A stretch of 64,000 bases of DNA, taken from assembly GCA_005791165.1 (NCBI GenBank), contig SXXW01000019.1, forward strand, positions 17,890 to 81,889. Reading direction: 5' to 3'. Origin of the DNA: Cytophagaceae bacterium (GTDB taxonomy: Bacteria > Bacteroidota > Bacteroidia > Cytophagales > Spirosomataceae). The notes beneath the pieces are model-generated. The model saw only the letters and a program-made list of their open reading frames with translations, had not been told where the DNA came from and searched no databases. The position numbers and the translations under genes are program-made. Positions 60,507 to 64,000 of this stretch are shown here, piece after piece. Each line of letters opens with the position of its first letter. Positions within the stretch are counted from its first letter, which is position 1.

Positions 60507-61299
60507 TCCATTACTTATTTTGGTTCAGGCACGTATGAATTCCTCGCGTTTTCCTGGTAAAATAATGAAGGAGGTCTTGGGAATTCCTTTGTTGATTCAT
60601 CAACTCAATCGCATTGCTAGAATTAAAACAGTAGCTAAAATAGTGGTGATCACTTCAGGCCAACCGTCAGACGATGTTATTGAATCGACGTCTATAAAAT
60701 ATGGATATGAAGTTTTTAGGGGATCATTGTTAGACTTATTAGATCGCCACTATCAAGCAGCTGTTTTTTATCAAGCGTCGACGATAGTGAAAATTCCTTC
60801 TGATTGTCCATTGATTGACACCGCTGTCATCGACCGAGTTTTAAGCTATTACCTTAAAAATGAGCAATCTTTTGATTATGTAAGTAACCTACATCCCGCT
60901 TCTTATCCCGATGGAAATGATGTGGAAATTATGTCTTATAAGGCATTGCAAAGGGCTTGGAAAGAAGCCGTCAGGCCGTTAGAGCGAGAGCATACCACTC
61001 CTTATTTTTGGGAAAATCCAGACCTTTTTTCGATAGGTAATGTGGTTTGGGAAACCGGTTTTACCTATGATATGTCGCATCGATTCACTTTAGATTATCC
61101 AGAAGATTACGAATTTATAAACAAAGTGTATGAAAAATTATATCCAATAAATCCCCGATTTACGTTAAAGGATATCTTGGATCTACTTGTTTTTGAACCA
61201 GAGATTTTTCAGATCAACCAATCTCTTGCGGGGGTAAATTGGTATCGAAATCATTTAGAGGAATTAAAAACTATTCTGCCCAGTCAAACCAAGTTATAA
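60499..61299 (+). CDS. SpsF-type cytidylyltransferase
   Basis: QARMNSSRFPGK, FRGS..DLLDRHY, SDCPLID, YPDG, REHTT, RFTLDYPED. Confidence 0.88.
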   Translation: MSNPLLILVQARMNSSRFPGKIMKEVLGIPLLIHQLNRIARIKTVAKIVVITSGQPSDDVIESTSIKYGYEVFRGSLLDLLDRHYQAAVFYQASTIVKIPSDCPLIDTAVIDRVLSYYLKNEQSFDYVSNLHPASYPDGNDVEIMSYKALQRAWKEAVRPLEREHTTPYFWENPDLFSIGNVVWETGFTYDMSHRFTLDYPEDYEFINKVYEKLYPINPRFTLKDILDLLVFEPEIFQINQSLAGVNWYRNHLEELKTILPSQTKL

Positions 61300-61301
61300 T
61301 C

Positions 61302-62156
61302 ATGAATGAAGAAAAAATTATAAAGCTTCAGCAGTTTGCAAAACGCGTTAGAAATCACATCGTGCCTATGGCATCTGATGGAGGCTGTTTTTTAGGGGCC
61401 TCTCTATCAGCGGTTGATTTATTAACTTATTTATATGTGGATCATTTAAATCTGCATAAAGGAAATTTAAAGGATGAAAATAGGGATTATCTATTTTTAT
61501 CGAAGGGGCATGATGTGCCTGCCTTATATGGAATATTTGCTGAGCTTGGTTGGATCGAAGCGGACCGATTAAAAAATCATTTATCCACTGAAGATCATAT
61601 ATATTGGCATCCCAATCGGAATATTCCGGGAGTGGAATTCCATTCAGGTTCATTAGGCCAATTGCCTTCTGTGTCTATCGGGGTTGCAATGGACATCATC
61701 ATTCGAGGAGGAGAAAATCGAGTTTATTGCGTCATGGGTGATGGCGAGCTGAACGAGGGCTCATGTTGGGAAGCTTTTTTAGTTGCCAACGCATACAAAC
61801 TAGATAATCTTACATTTATCATCGACCGTAATAATTTCCAAGCCAACATGGCCACGGAAGATTTAATCCCACTCGAGTCTTTAGTTGAAAAATTTGAGTC
61901 TTTTGGAATGATGACTCAAAGAATTGACGGACATGATTTCAATGCTTTAGAAAAAGCATTCTCCAACATTAAGGGGCAAACGGGTGCGCAAGTTATAATA
62001 TGTGATACGGTGCGTGGAAAGGGATTGCCTTCGATAGAGGCACGCGCGGATCGTTGGTTTTGTAATTTTTCTCAACCCGAAATCCAAGAATTATTAGTGG
62101 AATTAAATGAAGGATTTGGGGCCAATTTAGTAGCTGAAACATTGGTTGTACGATAA
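61302..62156 (+). CDS. Transketolase-like ThDP enzyme, N-terminal subunit
   Basis: LSKGH, SGSLGQ, GDGELNEG...DRN (ThDP motif). The ATG at 61302 follows the spsF stop. Confidence 0.88.
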   Translation: MNEEKIIKLQQFAKRVRNHIVPMASDGGCFLGASLSAVDLLTYLYVDHLNLHKGNLKDENRDYLFLSKGHDVPALYGIFAELGWIEADRLKNHLSTEDHIYWHPNRNIPGVEFHSGSLGQLPSVSIGVAMDIIIRGGENRVYCVMGDGELNEGSCWEAFLVANAYKLDNLTFIIDRNNFQANMATEDLIPLESLVEKFESFGMMTQRIDGHDFNALEKAFSNIKGQTGAQVIICDTVRGKGLPSIEARADRWFCNFSQPEIQELLVELNEGFGANLVAETLVVR

Positions 62157-62164
62157 ATAATTAG

Positions 62165-63067
62165 ATGATGACTTACGAAAAATTATTAGAAAAAACAGCC
62201 CTTGAGGATGATCGTTTTATTGTAATGACCGCTGAAAATCGCGCCTTAGTTCGAAATTTGCCTACGTCTTTAGGAAACCGATTTATTGATACTGGAATTA
62301 CTGAGCAAACGATGTTAGGAGTTGCTGCCGGTTTAGCTTTGCGTGGTAGAAAACCTGTGGTTCATGCCTTATCTGCTTTCCTAACCATGAGAGCTTTTGA
62401 GTTTACTAGGACTTCTGTTGGAATTGCCAATTTACCTGTCAAATTAAGCAGTTTTATTCCTGGAGTTTTATCGGATGGGAATGGACCTACTCACCAAGCG
62501 ATTGAAGATATTTCCATCATGCGAGGAATTCCTGGCATGGAGGTTTTCGCTCCTGCTGACGAAGAGGATTTGATTGAAATGTTGCCACAGATTTGGGCTA
62601 CCGAAAATCCAAGCTATGTCCGAATTAATACTCGGCCAGCATTACTTAAGCATAAACCTTATGTTTTTGGTAAAGCCGAACAAATATTTGAAGGAAAAGA
62701 TTGCACGATTTTAACGTACGGTTTTATGCTGGAAGAAAGCATCAAGGCTCATCAATTATTAAGTGATTTGGGGTTTCAAGTGGGCCTAGTTAATATACGA
62801 AATTTAAAGCCTTTCGACGGGGATTTAATTTCAAAATTGGCTAGCCAAACATCCTGTTTTATTACGATCGAAGATCATTTTTTAACCGGCGGTTTATTCA
62901 GCATTTTAGCGGAACATTTAGTTAAAAACCAAATTCTCATTCCTACTCATTCGATCGCTTTTGAGGATCGTTGGTTTAAACCAGGCCGACTTGCCGAAGT
63001 GCTTGTTCATGAAGGGTTGGATGCTAAAAGTTTAGTCGAAAAAATACAAAATTTCATTCAAAAATAA
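62165..63067 (+). CDS. Transketolase-like enzyme, C-terminal subunit
   Basis: GITEQ, AAGLA, RAFE, GPTHQAIED, YVR, TIEDH..GGL. Confidence 0.88.
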   Translation: MMTYEKLLEKTALEDDRFIVMTAENRALVRNLPTSLGNRFIDTGITEQTMLGVAAGLALRGRKPVVHALSAFLTMRAFEFTRTSVGIANLPVKLSSFIPGVLSDGNGPTHQAIEDISIMRGIPGMEVFAPADEEDLIEMLPQIWATENPSYVRINTRPALLKHKPYVFGKAEQIFEGKDCTILTYGFMLEESIKAHQLLSDLGFQVGLVNIRNLKPFDGDLISKLASQTSCFITIEDHFLTGGLFSILAEHLVKNQILIPTHSIAFEDRWFKPGRLAEVLVHEGLDAKSLVEKIQNFIQK

Positions 63068-63075
63068 TTTACCAT

Positions 63076-64000
63076 ATGTCTAATTCTGTTCAATTTAACG
63101 AAGCCTTACCTAACATTTCAAAATCACTAGAAATGTATCAAAGGGGCTTGCAAGTTCAATCACCCATCACTCAAACATTGGCCAAAGGACCAGGGCAATT
63201 TTCTAAGGGTGTGGCACCGGTCTATTTGAAAAAAGGGAAAGGCGCACGTGTTTGGGATGTGGATGGGAATGAATACATCGACTTTAATATGGGCATAGGT
63301 CCGTTGTCCCTTGGCTATTGTATCCCAGAAATTGACGATGCGATTCAAGCCCAACTAAAAGACGGAATTACCTTTTCATTAATGCACCCATTAGAGGTGG
63401 AATTAGCTGAAATACTTCACGGAATTATTCCCAATGCCGAGGTGGTCAAATATAGTAAAACGGGTGCCGACGTAACCTCTGCCGCGGTAAGAATTGCAAG
63501 AGCTTTTACGGGTCGCGATAAAGTTTTTTGCTGCGGCTATCACGGTTGGCACGACTGGTATATCGGTATCACTTCCCGCAGTGGAGGCATCCCTGAAGGA
63601 ATAAAAAATTTGAGTTTCACCTTTCCGTTTAATGATATTGAATCAATAAAAAATGCCTTAGACGAAACGGTTGCTTGCGTCATTTTGGAGCCTTTTATTT
63701 TCGAAAAACCACAAAATAATTTTCTTCAAGAACTAGCTGAAATATGCAAGGCCAATGGAACCTTATTGATTTTTGACGAAATGTGGACAGGTTTCAGAAT
63801 TGCGTTAGGAGGTGCACAGGAGTATTTTGGAGTAAGGGCAGATTTAGCTACTTTTTCCAAAGCTTGCGCGAATGGAATGCCATTAGCTATTTTAACAGGA
63901 AGGAAAGATGTGATGTCGCTTTTTGAAAAAGACGTTTTTTCTTATACGACTTTTGGCGGAGAAGCCTTATCCTTAGCGGCTTGTAAGGCGACGATTGAAT
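63076..64000 (+). CDS. Class III PLP aminotransferase (GSA-aminomutase-like), truncated by the window end
   Basis: Hand translation gives MSNSVQFNE...GARVWDVDGNEYIDF...KTGAD...GYHGWHDW...LIFDEMWTGFR...FSKACANG. Not in the ORF track because there is no stop in the window. Confidence 0.9.
   Translation, partial: MSNSVQFNEALPNISKSLEMYQRGLQVQSPITQTLAKGPGQFSKGVAPVYLKKGKGARVWDVDGNEYIDFNMGIGPLSLGYCIPEIDDAIQAQLKDGITFSLMHPLEVELAEILHGIIPNAEVVKYSKTGADVTSAAVRIARAFTGRDKVFCCGYHGWHDWYIGITSRSGGIPEGIKNLSFTFPFNDIESIKNALDETVACVILEPFIFEKPQNNFLQELAEICKANGTLLIFDEMWTGFRIALGGAQEYFGVRADLATFSKACANGMPLAILTGRKDVMSLFEKDVFSYTTFGGEALSLAACKATIE

Noticed and set aside
60499-64000. Phosphonate (AEP) biosynthesis reading of cytidylyltransferase + ThDP enzyme + aminotransferase
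   Set aside because: No PEP mutase is visible. The enzymes are SpsF, transketolase and class III types rather than PntC, Ppd and class V AEP transaminase. Downstream genes are unseen.
63076-64000. Calling the last gene hemL
   Set aside because: The N-terminus and the GYHGWHDW motif fit the glycan-cluster GSA-like subfamily, and the context is not tetrapyrrole synthesis.

Overview
A low-GC (~38% by eye) Bacteroidota chromosomal segment. The TAnnTTTG -7 promoters, SusC/SusD, gldE and bS22 fit Cytophagales, possibly an Aquirufa-like freshwater lineage (inference). 1-37.5 kb is mostly housekeeping: RND efflux operon, ggt, nagA, aminotransferase, glycerate kinase, hisHAF-IE, gpmI, eno, rsmG, a PiT transporter, RNase E/G, a 29-aa bS22 gene missing from the ORF track, HU, mutY, ssb, gldE and uvrD. 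37.5-58 kb is a compact phosphorus-scavenging island. It holds a TonB-dependent transporter (TBDT) with a non-SusD lipoprotein and an unusual phosphonate cluster (PhnX-like HAD, TIGR03364-type FAD oxidoreductase, antisense PhnO, PhnZ without PhnY, DUF5690 permease) divergent from a SusC/SusD pair. It also holds a TBDT with a beta-propeller phytase, and a GNAT. Seven promoters (six in the island plus the PiT gene) share one architecture: 11-bp-period NTAAY-like repeats whose last unit starts 26-27 nt before the -7 box. This is a candidate Bacteroidota Pho box. The last 5.8 kb hold an orphan parA and the start of a glycan operon: HP-motif transferase, SpsF-type cytidylyltransferase, a split transketolase with substituted active-site residues, and a class III aminotransferase that runs off the window. 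No rRNA, tRNA, CRISPR or IS element was seen. All family assignments come from motif recognition, not database searches.
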